Shown: positions 1 through 8,993 of the stretch, piece by piece
Numbering within the stretch: position 1 is the first letter of the stretch
Layout of the letters: each line of letters opens with the position of its first letter
Virus record (IMG/VR): IMGVR_UViG_3300021478_000019
Span: 32,001-96,000 of that record
Direction: 5' to 3' (one strand)
Length of the DNA: 64,000 nt
Source: a virus
The notes under the pieces: model-generated
Databases searched by the model: none
What the model saw: only the letters and a program-made list of their open reading frames with translations
What the model was told of the DNA's origin: nothing
Position numbers and translations under genes: made by a program

Positions 1-178
1 GCCTGCCCCGAAACGCCGACTCAGGGCGCGTTATCGAGTGCCATGGCGGCTTGACCGACGCGATCTATCACGGTTTGGCAACTGGGCTGTGCCCTAGCTG
101 CGGCGAGTTCGTGGCACTCATCAGCAATGGCCACACGATTCGCCACTACGCCCCTAACGAACAGGTAGGTGATAGGCC

Positions 179-382
179 ATGAGCCAGCAGCAGCTGTTCA
201 ATGACAAGGAGTTCGGCGGCACCTGCTCTAAGTGTGGCCACTCGGCCAAGGAACATGACACCCCGCATGGTTACTGCCACTGCAAGGTGGGCCAGCTGGA
301 GTGCAAGTGCAGCAGCTTCGCCCAGCACGATATGAGCAAGCTGCGTCCCGACCTGTTCCATGACCGGAGGGAAGAAGCATGA
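179..382 (+). CDS. Small Cys/His-rich hypothetical protein
   Basis: CSKCGH...H...CHC...CKC pattern; ATGA overlap with next gene. Confidence 0.6.
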   Translation: MSQQQLFNDKEFGGTCSKCGHSAKEHDTPHGYCHCKVGQLECKCSSFAQHDMSKLRPDLFHDRREEA

Positions 383-825
383 GCCCTCAGGACGAGCGGG
401 CTCAGTGGGAGGCCATACTGAATGAGCCCCGCCTGGACATGCTGCCACCAGAGGCGCTCATCGCCTCGATTCGCTATCTGGCCGGGCGTCTGCTGGAACT
501 GACTTCTCCTACTCTGGCCTTGGTCACCCAGGAGGCCCCTCAGCGCCGCCCAGAGGTCAAGAACATTGCTAGCCCACACTTGCAGGCAGCCTTCGTCGAC
601 GAGGCCCGTGTGGCCATGGGAGCGCCCTCTAAAGCCGACGCCGAAGCCTGCATGGGCCGCTACGTGGAGATCGTGTTCAACACCGACGAGCCCGCGGTGC
701 GCGGCCACCTGACCAGGGTCATCGATCACCCATCCAATGGCGGTGGCGTTTACGTGATGCTCGACGAGGACAAGAAGATGACCTACCCGCTCAACGCCAT
801 CCAGAGCATCAAGGTGGTGCCATGA
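379..825 (+). CDS. Hypothetical protein with possible small beta-barrel C-terminus
   Basis: RBS GGAGGG, ATGA overlaps at both ends, GC3-biased codons. Confidence 0.7.
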   Translation: MSPQDERAQWEAILNEPRLDMLPPEALIASIRYLAGRLLELTSPTLALVTQEAPQRRPEVKNIASPHLQAAFVDEARVAMGAPSKADAEACMGRYVEIVFNTDEPAVRGHLTRVIDHPSNGGGVYVMLDEDKKMTYPLNAIQSIKVVP

Positions 826-989
826 GCGATGAGGTTCCATTCATCAAGCTTCAGCACATGGGCAACTTCTTCCGCATGGAGGTGATACCGGTGTGCGACC
901 ACCCGTCCGACGCCATCATGTGGAACCCGTGGAACTTGGTCATCCAGTGCCACCGCTGCGGGGCCATCATCGAGGCACTGCCAGCATGA
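822..989 (+). CDS. 55-aa hypothetical protein, absent from the ORF track
   Basis: MSDEVPFIKL...CDHP...QCHRCG...ALPA*; ATGA overlaps on both sides. Confidence 0.6.
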   Translation: MSDEVPFIKLQHMGNFFRMEVIPVCDHPSDAIMWNPWNLVIQCHRCGAIIEALPA

Positions 990-1153
990 GTGACGTCAAT
1001 CCCACCGCCCTGGCCCTGTTCGTGCGCTTCGTGCGGCAGAACCCTGACATCGAGGACGTCGAGGTGCTGATGCGGGCCTTTGAGGCATACCGCAACGCCG
1101 ACTACACCGGCGCCCTCTGCTCGCCCACCTACGACCGGCAACCCTTTGACTGA
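986..1153 (+). CDS. Small hypothetical protein
   Basis: MSDVNPTALALF... start at an ATGA overlap. Confidence 0.55.
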   Translation: MSDVNPTALALFVRFVRQNPDIEDVEVLMRAFEAYRNADYTGALCSPTYDRQPFD

Positions 1154-1445
1154 CGAGAGCTATGAGGACCGGCTGCGCCGGCATTCCTTTGAGAGCCGGG
1201 TGGACCCCCTGAGAGACGCCGTCCGCCACGCCGTGGCCATGTGGCACCAGGAGGACGACCTGGAGAAGAACGACCTGTCGGAGGCGTTCTGGCAGGCCAT
1301 GGGGCAGCTGGAGGCCATGCTGATATCGGTAAAGCGTGGCGGCGAGCCGTATGTGCCAGAAGTGGAGGTGACCCCTTCGCAGTTGCGGCTGGCTCATGAG
1401 GATGCCGGGATCCTGTCGGTCAAGCGTGGCGGCGAGGATGCCTGA
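1146..1445 (+). CDS. Hypothetical protein; start uncertain
   Basis: Fills the gap in the + strand gene chain; SVKRGGE occurs twice. Confidence 0.55.
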   Translation: MTDESYEDRLRRHSFESRVDPLRDAVRHAVAMWHQEDDLEKNDLSEAFWQAMGQLEAMLISVKRGGEPYVPEVEVTPSQLRLAHEDAGILSVKRGGEDA

Positions 1446-1746
1446 CAGCACCCGCACCCCGGTCACCATGTGCTGGCACTGTGACCGGCCCCTCGACGCC
1501 GCCTCGGGGTTCGGTCCTACCGAGGGCATGGTGCCCGAGGTTGGCGCTATCTCCCTCTGCCTGTACTGCGGGGCCGTGGCCCGGTTCGGCTTCGGCCTGA
1601 TCCTCTACCCGCTCACCGAGGGAGAGCTTGAAGCGCTGTCGGACGATAAGGACTTCATGCGGACTTACATGCAGTTCGCCTGGTCCCGTCAATACGTCAT
1701 GATCAAGAGCAACCTGATGCATAGCAAGGACGATCCTGACCGGTGA
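1438..1746 (+). CDS. Zinc-ribbon-like hypothetical protein
   Basis: CWHC...CLYC; overlapping start and stop. Confidence 0.6.
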   Translation: MPDSTRTPVTMCWHCDRPLDAASGFGPTEGMVPEVGAISLCLYCGAVARFGFGLILYPLTEGELEALSDDKDFMRTYMQFAWSRQYVMIKSNLMHSKDDPDR

Positions 1747-2153
1747 CGTATGTCCAGTGGTACAGCCCCCAGGTGATCACCAGCAGCAACACGGTCGGCC
1801 TGACCTGGCCTGCGGAGCAGTGGCTGACCGAGGTCACCTACAAGCCAGGCTGGGCCTTTGAGATCCGGCACGGCTCCCAGACCGGCAACTCAGCCTGGCT
1901 GGCCTACCCCGGCGTCAACCTGTGCGTCATGGCCTACGTGCCTGACACCAACGCCGTCGAGGAGGGCCCGAAGCGATTCATCCACACCTTCCCGCTAAAC
2001 CCCCAGGTGCTGGAGAATCGTGAGCGCTTCTTTGCGTTCGTGCTGTACTGCGTGTTCCGGGTCGAAGCCCACGAAACCATGGAATACCTGCGAGCCGGTG
2101 GGGTGCGGGTGAAGAACCCTCATCCTGAACCAGGCGTCGTCCTTTACTCATAA
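1743..2153 (+). CDS. Hypothetical protein
   Basis: GTGA overlap; ends just before a terminator; TYKPGW and HE motifs. Confidence 0.7.
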   Translation: MTYVQWYSPQVITSSNTVGLTWPAEQWLTEVTYKPGWAFEIRHGSQTGNSAWLAYPGVNLCVMAYVPDTNAVEEGPKRFIHTFPLNPQVLENRERFFAFVLYCVFRVEAHETMEYLRAGGVRVKNPHPEPGVVLYS

Positions 2154-2187
2154 AAAAAACGGCTGGCCCATATTTCAGGGCCAGCCG
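2152..2187 (-). terminator. Intrinsic terminator, probably bidirectional
   Basis: 10-bp stem CGGCTGGCCC/GGGCCAGCCG with an 8-T tract on the minus strand, between convergent genes. Confidence 0.85.
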
Positions 2188-2236
2188 CTTGTGGTCTAGG
2201 AAGGGGCGCTAACTAGACCACGTCAGAAATTGTAGG

Positions 2237-2692
2237 TCAGGGAGTCGTAAAAACGAACGTGTCGCTCGACGTGAACGGGGCGATATTCACGGCCCGGAAG
2301 ACGCCACGGGCGCCCCTCCAGATTCCAGTGCCACCCTGGATGGTGCCGGCCTGGCCTGACGGGCCCTTGATGGCGTTGCCGCGCAGCTGCGGGTGCAGAA
2401 GGGCAGTGCTGGTGTAGCGCCAGTTGCAGAGCGACCGGATCGGGCCAACCAGGCAGAGTTCGCTAATGGTGGCAGCCAGGCGGAACCCCGGAGGCAGCAC
2501 GGAGGGCTGGTACTCGTTGAAGGTGAACGCCTCGACGTTCGGAGCCAGGAAGGTAGCGCTGGTCTGGACGCTGGTGGTGGTGATGACGGTGGGCGGCTGA
2601 GCCGACGCCGACGTGGCGGCAGCGATGCCCAGGCCGGTACCGGCGGTGGCCATAACGGTGAGCGCGATGACTCCTCGACGCAGGAAATTCAT
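2237..2692 (-). CDS. Secreted protein with a predicted allene-oxide-cyclase/dirigent-like beta-barrel
   Basis: RBS AAGGAG; signal peptide MNFLRRGV...ASA; C-terminal IQGGTGIWRGARG motif. Confidence 0.65.
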   Translation of the reverse strand: MNFLRRGVIALTVMATAGTGLGIAAATSASAQPPTVITTTSVQTSATFLAPNVEAFTFNEYQPSVLPPGFRLAATISELCLVGPIRSLCNWRYTSTALLHPQLRGNAIKGPSGQAGTIQGGTGIWRGARGVFRAVNIAPFTSSDTFVFTTP

Positions 2693-2843
2693 ATGGATTG
2701 CTCCTTCTGTTGGTGTCCCCGCCACCTCCTGGTGGCAGCGCGGGGGTCACCATAACATGCCTGATAGGATCCTGAAAGGGTCCTAAGAGGAAAATATGAA
2801 GGGGAAAATCGTCTAGGAACTGAGGCGCAAAAAATAAGAACTT

Positions 2844-2858
2844 AGGCATTTAATGCCT
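2844..2858. promoter_or_regulatory. Perfect 7-1-7 palindrome, candidate operator
   Basis: AGGCATT-T-AATGCCT in the AT-rich intergenic region upstream of 2692. Confidence 0.4.
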
Positions 2859-2873
2859 TGTTCAAACGCGCTC

Positions 2874-3266
2874 CTATTTAAAGCGCAGCCGGTCATATTT
2901 GCTGGTCAGGCGGTTGGCCACGGCGAGAGCTTCCGGTGATGGGTTCTTGATATCACGCTTGCCATGCTCAGCGGCCTCAGCCCCCGACGAGAACAGCGGC
3001 GTGTGTTCCTCGACGGTGCTGGGGTCGACGCCCCACATGCGAAAGGCCAGCGGCTCATGAGCGTGGTCCTGGCGCCCGTGTACGACCGTCCAGCCGTGAC
3101 AGATGACCTCGGGGGTGGCGTGGCAGTGGAAGGCGCCAGCAGGCTGCTCAAAGGTCTCCCGGTCGTACTCAGCGAGCTTGTCGTACTCGACTGCGGCCCA
3201 CACCCCGGACGGGACGTCCTTCCTGTAAGGGCAGGCCAGGCAGGACTCAGCCCGGATCTTGGTCAT
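2874..3266 (-). CDS. DUF6283-like protein
   Basis: C..CPYR.DVPSGVW...EY.KL..YD and CH...C.GW motifs. Confidence 0.7.
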   Translation of the reverse strand: MTKIRAESCLACPYRKDVPSGVWAAVEYDKLAEYDRETFEQPAGAFHCHATPEVICHGWTVVHGRQDHAHEPLAFRMWGVDPSTVEEHTPLFSSGAEAAEHGKRDIKNPSPEALAVANRLTSKYDRLRFK

Positions 3267-3355
3267 CGCCCCTTCCTGGTGTAGTGCTTGACGGCAGCCA
3301 GGATGATCCCGGTGGAGAATCCGATGAGGATGGCGAGCAGTGCTGTATCGCTCAT
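3263..3355 (-). CDS. 30-aa single-pass membrane peptide, absent from the ORF track
   Basis: MSDTALLAILIGFSTGIILAAVKHYTRKGR*; ATGA overlaps on both sides. Confidence 0.55.
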   Translation of the reverse strand: MSDTALLAILIGFSTGIILAAVKHYTRKGR

Positions 3356-3699
3356 GGCTGGCTCAGCGGGCCCATGCCGGCGTTCCGCATGGCCTCGTAG
3401 CGAGCCTGCATGTCCTCGGCATCGCTGGTGCTGCCTTCGTCGAGGAGCTTGAACAGCCAGGTGCGATCCTCCAGCGATATGGGCCCGTTGGTCAGGAAGT
3501 TCTCGCCTTCGGTGACCAGGAGGTCAGCGATACTGATCAGGTCAGCGACGGCCTCGCTCCTGGTGGACCCCATGCCCACCAGGGCGCCCTCCAGGTACCA
3601 GGGCTCCATCACCGGGCGACCCTGGCTGGAGGCCATGGGGCGCAGGAAGGTGGCCGCGAACATCTGGTCGGGCGAGTGCCATTCGATACGGATGTCCAT
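3352..3699 (-). CDS. Hypothetical protein
   Basis: Member of the overlapping leftward gene chain. Confidence 0.65.
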   Translation of the reverse strand: MDIRIEWHSPDQMFAATFLRPMASSQGRPVMEPWYLEGALVGMGSTRSEAVADLISIADLLVTEGENFLTNGPISLEDRTWLFKLLDEGSTSDAEDMQARYEAMRNAGMGPLSQP

Positions 3700-3896
3700 C
3701 AGCTTTTCTCCTCTTGCAAACTGAGCCCCTCCTGACGTAGCACCACCAGGGCGTCGAGCGCGGTGGTGGTGTAGACCTTGTTGCCATTCCGCAAGTAGAT
3801 GGTGGCTCGGCTGCCGGGCCGCAGGGTGAAGTCAAGGATGACTCCTAGCTCCACTGCGGCCCGCAACCTCTTGCGGAGGATGTGCTGGTTAGGCAT
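3699..3896 (-). CDS. Hypothetical protein
   Basis: RBS AGGA; 1-nt overlap with next gene. Confidence 0.55.
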   Translation of the reverse strand: MPNQHILRKRLRAAVELGVILDFTLRPGSRATIYLRNGNKVYTTTALDALVVLRQEGLSLQEEKS

Positions 3897-3974
3897 GCTC
3901 GTCCTGCTCAGCGAGCCAGCGCAGGATCTCCTCGATCAGCTGAGCATTGTTGCGATCATGCTCCTCCTGGCTGC

Positions 3975-4190
3975 TCACACTTCCTCCACGAATCCCTGGT
4001 CGGTCTCCCGCAGCCAGATGACGGTCCCGACCTTGAGGGCCGGGAACTTGGCCTTGTCGGTGACGTTGACCTTGAACCCGTAGCGGTTGCGGCTGTGGTC
4101 TTCGTAATCAGGCCCGCCGTCGAGCCCCTGCTCCCAGAAGTAGGGCACATATTCCTGCTGGCCCTCAAACTTGCCGGGCTGGGTGATCAT
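3975..4190 (-). CDS. Hypothetical protein
   Basis: PGKFEG N-terminus and E...GFV C-terminus; ATGA overlap. Confidence 0.65.
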   Translation of the reverse strand: MITQPGKFEGQQEYVPYFWEQGLDGGPDYEDHSRNRYGFKVNVTDKAKFPALKVGTVIWLRETDQGFVEEV

Positions 4191-4876
4191 GGCCGGGCCA
4201 CCTTGCCTGAGCCGCCCTCGGGCGACAGGGCCCCCTCCACCAGCACCAGGCGCTCCTTGGCGATGAGGCTCATGGCCACCACGCAGTCGTCGATGCCGGC
4301 GACCGACAGCTGCCCGTAGCGGTTGACGTCGTCGAGCATCTTCTGCTCCTGGTAGGAGACCCCGCGCTCTCGACCCTCCTCTTCCTCTGCGGCCTGGGTG
4401 GCCTCAGCGCTCTCCAGGGCGTCAGCGAGGTTGCTCAGCGCCTCGGTGACGTCGGTCCAGGCGTCGGTCAGGTCATCACGCTTGCCGGGGTAGGGCTCCT
4501 CGTCCTTCTTGTCGGCGTAGGTCTCCAGGGCGTCGCTGGCGGTCTGCTGGGCCTCGACGAAGGTCTGGAGGTCATCGTTGGACACCAGGCCCACGGCCTC
4601 GTCGACAATGGCCACGGCCTGGGCCAGCACGTCGGCCATGTACTGCGAGCCGATGTTGACCTCGGTCAGGGTGCCCACGGCGTCGGCGGCGGCGGTCAGG
4701 GCACTGCTGACGTTGTCGAGTTCCTCCAGCGCCTCGATGGCAGCCTCAGCTGCCTCCCGGCGCTCGTCCAGTTCAGCGACGAGTTCCTGGGCCTCCTCGT
4801 ATTTGCTGCCGGTGGCGCGCTCGGCGTGGGCCCGCAGCTGTTCCGCAATGGTCAGGGGCTCTTTGGTCTTAGGCAT
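4187..4876 (-). CDS. Acidic alpha-helical protein
   Basis: Start reassigned to MPKTKEP after RBS AAGGAG; very rich in D, E and A. Confidence 0.7.
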   Translation of the reverse strand: MPKTKEPLTIAEQLRAHAERATGSKYEEAQELVAELDERREAAEAAIEALEELDNVSSALTAAADAVGTLTEVNIGSQYMADVLAQAVAIVDEAVGLVSNDDLQTFVEAQQTASDALETYADKKDEEPYPGKRDDLTDAWTDVTEALSNLADALESAEATQAAEEEEGRERGVSYQEQKMLDDVNRYGQLSVAGIDDCVVAMSLIAKERLVLVEGALSPEGGSGKVARP

Positions 4877-5165
4877 CGGCCTGCTCCTTCTCTTCCTCTT
4901 CGATGGCGGCATGGGCCTGGGCGAGGTACTGAGCCTGCTCGTCTTCGGTGAGGGCCACGCTCTTGTAGCCTCTAGGGCCCAAATTCCCTCGTTTGTACTT
5001 CTCAATCTCGGTGGGCAGGACGGCGAAGGTTCGCACGGTCTCTCGACCGGAGCCGAAAATGCTCGCCTCGACTTGAACCACGATGAGGTTGTGGCGCTCA
5101 AACCACTCATCCTCAGCGAGCATGAACTGGACTTCTTTCCTGATGTACACGGAGACCTCAGGCAC
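4869..5165 (-). CDS. Hypothetical protein
   Basis: GTG start after GGAGG, overlapping the upstream stop. Confidence 0.6.
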   Translation of the reverse strand: MPEVSVYIRKEVQFMLAEDEWFERHNLIVVQVEASIFGSGRETVRTFAVLPTEIEKYKRGNLGPRGYKSVALTEDEQAQYLAQAHAAIEEEEKEQADA

Positions 5166-5337
5166 GGTCGGCCTCCTGGGCCTCCAGCCACACATCGTGG
5201 AACTTCCAGGGCTTCTCGACGGCGTAGGCGATGTCGCGGGCGTCATGCATGTTGTCGGCCATGTACCGGGTCAGGGTGACCATGTTGTCATGGCTCTGCC
5301 ACCAGAGGTCTGTGTCTGTTTCTTTGGTCTCATCCAT
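5158..5337 (-). CDS. Small hypothetical protein
   Basis: MDETKETD...AVEKPWKF; RBS AAGGAG. Confidence 0.6.
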   Translation of the reverse strand: MDETKETDTDLWWQSHDNMVTLTRYMADNMHDARDIAYAVEKPWKFHDVWLEAQEADRA

Positions 5338-5683
5338 TGCTGGTTGTGTTCTCCTTTGTTGGTAGTGGTTTACGGCCCTGCTCGGAGACAGGCATGGTGA
5401 AGAGTTCCTCGGTAATGAGGACGTCGGGGTTGGGCCCCCTCTTATCGAGGATCCGGCACACCACGTACTGACCCGGAGTGCTGGCCTGGCGATCCGTGAT
5501 GTTGCGAAAGTAGCGACCGGCGGGCACCTTGAACACGGCGTACTCGCCGTCGAGGTGCCACAGCACGATGGGCTTGGTTCCGTTACCCCAGTCCGCTGAG
5601 TGCTGCTCCCAGGAGCCAGCACCGCCCTGGTAGACAGCACCGGTCTCGCTACGGCTGTAGACGTACTTCCAGGTGTTAGGCAT
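5330..5683 (-). CDS. Hypothetical protein
   Basis: RBS AAGGAG; overlapping chain. Confidence 0.65.
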   Translation of the reverse strand: MPNTWKYVYSRSETGAVYQGGAGSWEQHSADWGNGTKPIVLWHLDGEYAVFKVPAGRYFRNITDRQASTPGQYVVCRILDKRGPNPDVLITEELFTMPVSEQGRKPLPTKENTTSNG

Positions 5684-6158
5684 TGCTGCTGGTCTCCTTG
5701 GTTTTGTAGATGGTGATGGGCCCGGCCTTGAACCCGTGCCCTACGGCCTCCCAGGTCACCGGGCCCAGGTTCCAGCTGAGCAGTTCGGTGTTGGCGACCG
5801 ACTGGGCCCCCTCGGGGTCGTCGGCATGGGTGGCGTACAGAGCAACATGGTTGCTGTTGCCGTTGGACCGGGCGATGATCAGGGTCCAGTTGCGCTCGAT
5901 GCGGTTGGAGCTACCCGGCTTCTTGGGCGGCGCCAGCCCCAGGCGCACCTCGATGGCCCCAGCTGGGCGAGCCGTGTTCTGGCCCACCAGTTCGATGCCG
6001 TTGCCCTTGGTCTGGGCCCGCATATCCCACTTCACCGTGATCAGCCCTGCGGCCTCCAGCGCCTCCAGAGGCTTGCGAGCCCGGTCGTTGTAGTGCTTCT
6101 CGCCCGCGGCCCGGATTTCGGCCAGGTAGCGCTGCTGGGCTGCGGTCAGCTTCTTCAT
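5676..6158 (-). CDS. Hypothetical protein with a winged-helix-like N-terminus
   Basis: MKKLTAAQQRYL...LEALEAAGLI; ATGA overlap. Confidence 0.65.
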   Translation of the reverse strand: MKKLTAAQQRYLAEIRAAGEKHYNDRARKPLEALEAAGLITVKWDMRAQTKGNGIELVGQNTARPAGAIEVRLGLAPPKKPGSSNRIERNWTLIIARSNGNSNHVALYATHADDPEGAQSVANTELLSWNLGPVTWEAVGHGFKAGPITIYKTKETSSNA

Positions 6159-6568
6159 GACCGCAGATCCTCGGGCACCTGCGAGGGGTCGTAGATCGCT
6201 AGCCCCTGCAGGCACAGCTTGAAGCCACTGGCCCTGGCCTCGTCCAGTTCGGCGTTGATCAGGTTCGTGAGCCCGCCCTTGGCCCGGTGCAGCGCCGCCT
6301 CGGTGAGGTTGCCGACCATGGCCTGGTGGCGATCTCTGACGTCAGCGGGGTCGACGACGATGTTGTTCTTGCGGACGTCAGCGGCGCCCACCTTCTCCAT
6401 GGCCCAGCCCCAGTGGGCCGCGCCCACATGGGCCTTGTTGGCCAGTTCAAGGAGAGCCGGCTGGCCGTCCAGGGCTTCCTTCAGCTGGGCGAAGGCGCCC
6501 AGCATCTCGTTGGAGCCATTGTGCAGGTCTTCGTAGGGTTGCAGGTCGTTGTTGTCGGTTGATGTCAT
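6155..6568 (-). CDS. Hypothetical protein, leaderless
   Basis: ATG 6 nt below the -10 of promoter P1. Confidence 0.75.
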   Translation of the reverse strand: MTSTDNNDLQPYEDLHNGSNEMLGAFAQLKEALDGQPALLELANKAHVGAAHWGWAMEKVGAADVRKNNIVVDPADVRDRHQAMVGNLTEAALHRAKGGLTNLINAELDEARASGFKLCLQGLAIYDPSQVPEDLRS

Positions 6569-6570
6569 GG

Positions 6571-6900
6571 CTACACAATACCTTCCTGGCCATCCACATG
6601 CAAGTCAGGGGAAGCAGAAAGTTTCCCCCTCTTGTCCTCGATGCGGGCCCGCGTCTCGGCCAGCTTCTCGTTGTGCTTGTCGGTCAGGTACTTGATGGCG
6701 CAGGGGTAGCAGTAGAACCGGGGCGCCGGGGAGCGGTCAGACTCGGTCTCCACTCCCACCTCGGCGCCACGCCGGCAATGCCGGCCCTCGCGCTGGTAGC
6801 CCAGAGGCAGGTTGCCATGCACGATCAGGCGCAGCTGCTGAGTCTCGCTCAGCCCATTCCAGCAGGGCAGGTTGTACAGGCCGCGTTCGCACCTAGTCAT
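6571..6900 (-). CDS. Cys-rich hypothetical protein
   Basis: Several Cys including YCYPC; ATGA overlap. Confidence 0.55.
   Translation of the reverse strand: MTRCERGLYNLPCWNGLSETQQLRLIVHGNLPLGYQREGRHCRRGAEVGVETESDRSPAPRFYCYPCAIKYLTDKHNEKLAETRARIEDKRGKLSASPDLHVDGQEGIV
6575..6607 (-). promoter_or_regulatory. Repeated early promoter P1
   Basis: TGAC-TTGCAT-N17-TATTGT-N6-ATG. Confidence 0.85.
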
Positions 6901-7045
6901 CGGGCCCGCACCGGAAAGGCCAGCACCATGCCTCGCCGCTCTACCAGGTGTACGAAGTTCACCACAGCCTCGTCAGTGATGTCGAGGATCCTGGTCTGAA
7001 AGAGATCAGCCAGGAGGTGGCGCACCTCCTCTAGTTCGGCCTTGG

Positions 7046-7192
7046 TCATGTCTGCTCTGTCTCGGGCTCAAAGAGGTGCGCCGCCTCTTTGCTGGTGGCG
7101 CAGCGACCACAGCGCTGGCGGTCGACGGTTTCGTGGTCGTTGCGAATGTGTCCACAGATGGCGCACTTCGTCGAGGGTGGGTAATCGGTCAT
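7046..7192 (-). CDS. Small Cys/His-rich protein
   Basis: MTDYPPSTKCAICGHIRNDH...CGRC; ATGA overlaps. Confidence 0.55.
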   Translation of the reverse strand: MTDYPPSTKCAICGHIRNDHETVDRQRCGRCATSKEAAHLFEPETEQT

Positions 7193-7407
7193 GGAGTGCG
7201 CCACCAGTCGGTGGGGGCGTCGGGCAGGGTGTCGACGAACTTGGCCTTGGTGCGCCAGGTGCGGCCACAGATGAAGCAGCGCACCCGGCTGTAGGCACTC
7301 CACTGCCAGCGATAGCCGTTGAAGGCACTGGCGTTGCCGTTGCGCTGGGTGACCTTCCACTCAGGCTTGTGGCTCTTGTCCAGGCAGCACATGTAGTCCC
7401 GCCTCAT
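7189..7407 (-). CDS. Small zinc-ribbon protein
   Basis: SAFNG...S..S.V.C..CG..WRT pattern. Confidence 0.65.
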   Translation of the reverse strand: MRRDYMCCLDKSHKPEWKVTQRNGNASAFNGYRWQWSAYSRVRCFICGRTWRTKAKFVDTLPDAPTDWWRTP

Positions 7408-7538
7408 CGCTCGGGCACATTCGGATTGTCAGGTGAGTCCTCGATCCAGCCGTAATCGTCCGGGGGCCCGTAGTCGCGCTCGTCCTCGGCCTGGTCGATG
7501 CGGGGATCGTCATCGTCGTCGTAGGGGCGTCGGCCCAT
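7404..7538 (-). CDS. Small acidic protein
   Basis: Strong RBS GGAGGAGG before MGRRPYDDDDD. Confidence 0.5.
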   Translation of the reverse strand: MGRRPYDDDDDPRIDQAEDERDYGPPDDYGWIEDSPDNPNVPER

Positions 7539-7640
7539 GTCAGTCCTCCTCCTCCTCAGAGGGTGGTTCCTTGCCTGTCTGCTCACACCAGTCGCACCCG
7601 TCGCCATGACATACCTGGCAGGGGGGTGGGAAGAGGTCGC

Positions 7641-8006
7641 TCATGACTCCCTCCTGGGCCCGTAGACCTTCAGCACCTCGATGGCCCGGAGGGCTCCTGG
7701 CTTATCGTCATGGCTGTCAGGCAGCGTGCCCGCCCAGTCCTCCAGGGTGGCGATGGCACGGGCCAACCCATCGGTCTCCTCGGTGCGAGCCTCCCTGGTC
7801 AGGATGGCCACGCAGCGCTGGCACTGATCGAAATGGATGACCTGGGGGAACATGGTCCCGGTGGTGTAGAGGTATTTCTGCCCGCACTTGGCGGTGTAGT
7901 GGTTGCTGCGGTCGTAGCCGCTCTTCTCTCGGGTGTCCGGGTCGCAGGCGTGCGCCTTGCCGGTGTCGGCGTAGCTGGTCTTGTAGCCAGCCAGGTACTC
8001 GGTCAT
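7641..8006 (-). CDS. Hypothetical protein, putative zinc-binding
   Basis: H...CG...CQRC; RBS and ATGA overlap. Confidence 0.65.
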   Translation of the reverse strand: MTEYLAGYKTSYADTGKAHACDPDTREKSGYDRSNHYTAKCGQKYLYTTGTMFPQVIHFDQCQRCVAILTREARTEETDGLARAIATLEDWAGTLPDSHDDKPGALRAIEVLKVYGPRRES

Positions 8007-8455
8007 GACTGCTCCTCTGCGGCCAGTAGGAGCAGGCGCACACGGGCGAAGGCCACCTGGTCGTCCTCGTCGAGCGTGGCCTTGTGGTCCTGCTCAAAGT
8101 CAGCCAGGGCAAAGCGCAGGTCACGCAGGCTGATGCCCTCGTCCTCGTCGGCGCCCTGGCCAGGGTCGCCCCAGTGGGGCTCCACGTAGGAGTCAACCGC
8201 GTCTTCGGCGTCCTGGCGAGCCTCCCGGTGGACCGGGCAGAAGGGGTCGACGGCGTCACCAGGGCAGCAGCAGTCCAACTCGTCGGCGCCCTCGTAGGCC
8301 CGCTCGTACTCATCGGTGCCCCGGATGAAGGAGTTGATGGAGCCCTCCCGGCCACAGATGCTGTGCAGCATCTGCATGTCAGGCTGGGGGATGAAGGTGC
8401 CGGAATAGGTGTCGCACTCTGGGCACCGGTAGCCGGGGTCTTGGTTCGTGGTCAT
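8003..8455 (-). CDS. Acidic zinc-ribbon protein, leaderless
   Basis: ATG 6 nt below the -10 of P2; CPEC...HSIC, CCC...CPVH. Confidence 0.75.
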   Translation of the reverse strand: MTTNQDPGYRCPECDTYSGTFIPQPDMQMLHSICGREGSINSFIRGTDEYERAYEGADELDCCCPGDAVDPFCPVHREARQDAEDAVDSYVEPHWGDPGQGADEDEGISLRDLRFALADFEQDHKATLDEDDQVAFARVRLLLLAAEEQS

Positions 8456-8457
8456 GG

Positions 8458-8676
8458 CTACACTGTACTCCTACCAGGAGCAGCATGCAAGTCAGGGGTA
8501 GAGGAATCTTCCTCCTGCTCCACCTCGACCAGTTCACTGCTCTCACCATGGCCCCCGCAGCTGGCGCAGCTGAACAGGTCACCCTCGTCGTAGGCGATGA
8601 GCCCGTGGGCCCACACGGGCCCACGGTTGAAGGACAGGCGATGGCTGTCGCCGCAGTAGGGGCAGGCTTCGGTCAT
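8458..8676 (-). CDS. Small zinc-ribbon protein
   Basis: MTEACPYCG...CASCG; ATGA overlap. Confidence 0.6.
   Translation of the reverse strand: MTEACPYCGDSHRLSFNRGPVWAHGLIAYDEGDLFSCASCGGHGESSELVEVEQEEDSSTPDLHAAPGRSTV
8462..8494 (-). promoter_or_regulatory. Repeated early promoter P2
   Basis: TGAC-TTGCAT-N17-TACAGT-N6-ATG. Confidence 0.85.
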
Positions 8677-8993
8677 GACTCTTCCCTCCGGTTGACCACC
8701 AGCTGCAACAGGTTGGCCTGATCGGGCTCCCCCTGCTCCCTGTGCCACCCGACCTGAGCCTGAATGGCATCGCTGTCGATGTCAGCCAGATGCGCTACCA
8801 GGAGGGCCACTGCGGCCTCCTGCAGCTTCTCATGGGCGTGGCGGGCGAAGGTTTCCTGGCAGAAGGCCAGGTTGCCGACGACTCGCCCGGTGTCGCCGCA
8901 TACACATGTCCACACATACGTGTTGCGGTCGATGTCCACATGCCAGCGATGGGCACCGACGTAGCCGGTATCAAAGGGCCCGGTGGTACTCAT
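8673..8993 (-). CDS. Hypothetical protein
   Basis: H...W.C.CG...H motif; RBS and ATGA overlap. Confidence 0.65.
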   Translation of the reverse strand: MSTTGPFDTGYVGAHRWHVDIDRNTYVWTCVCGDTGRVVGNLAFCQETFARHAHEKLQEAAVALLVAHLADIDSDAIQAQVGWHREQGEPDQANLLQLVVNRREES

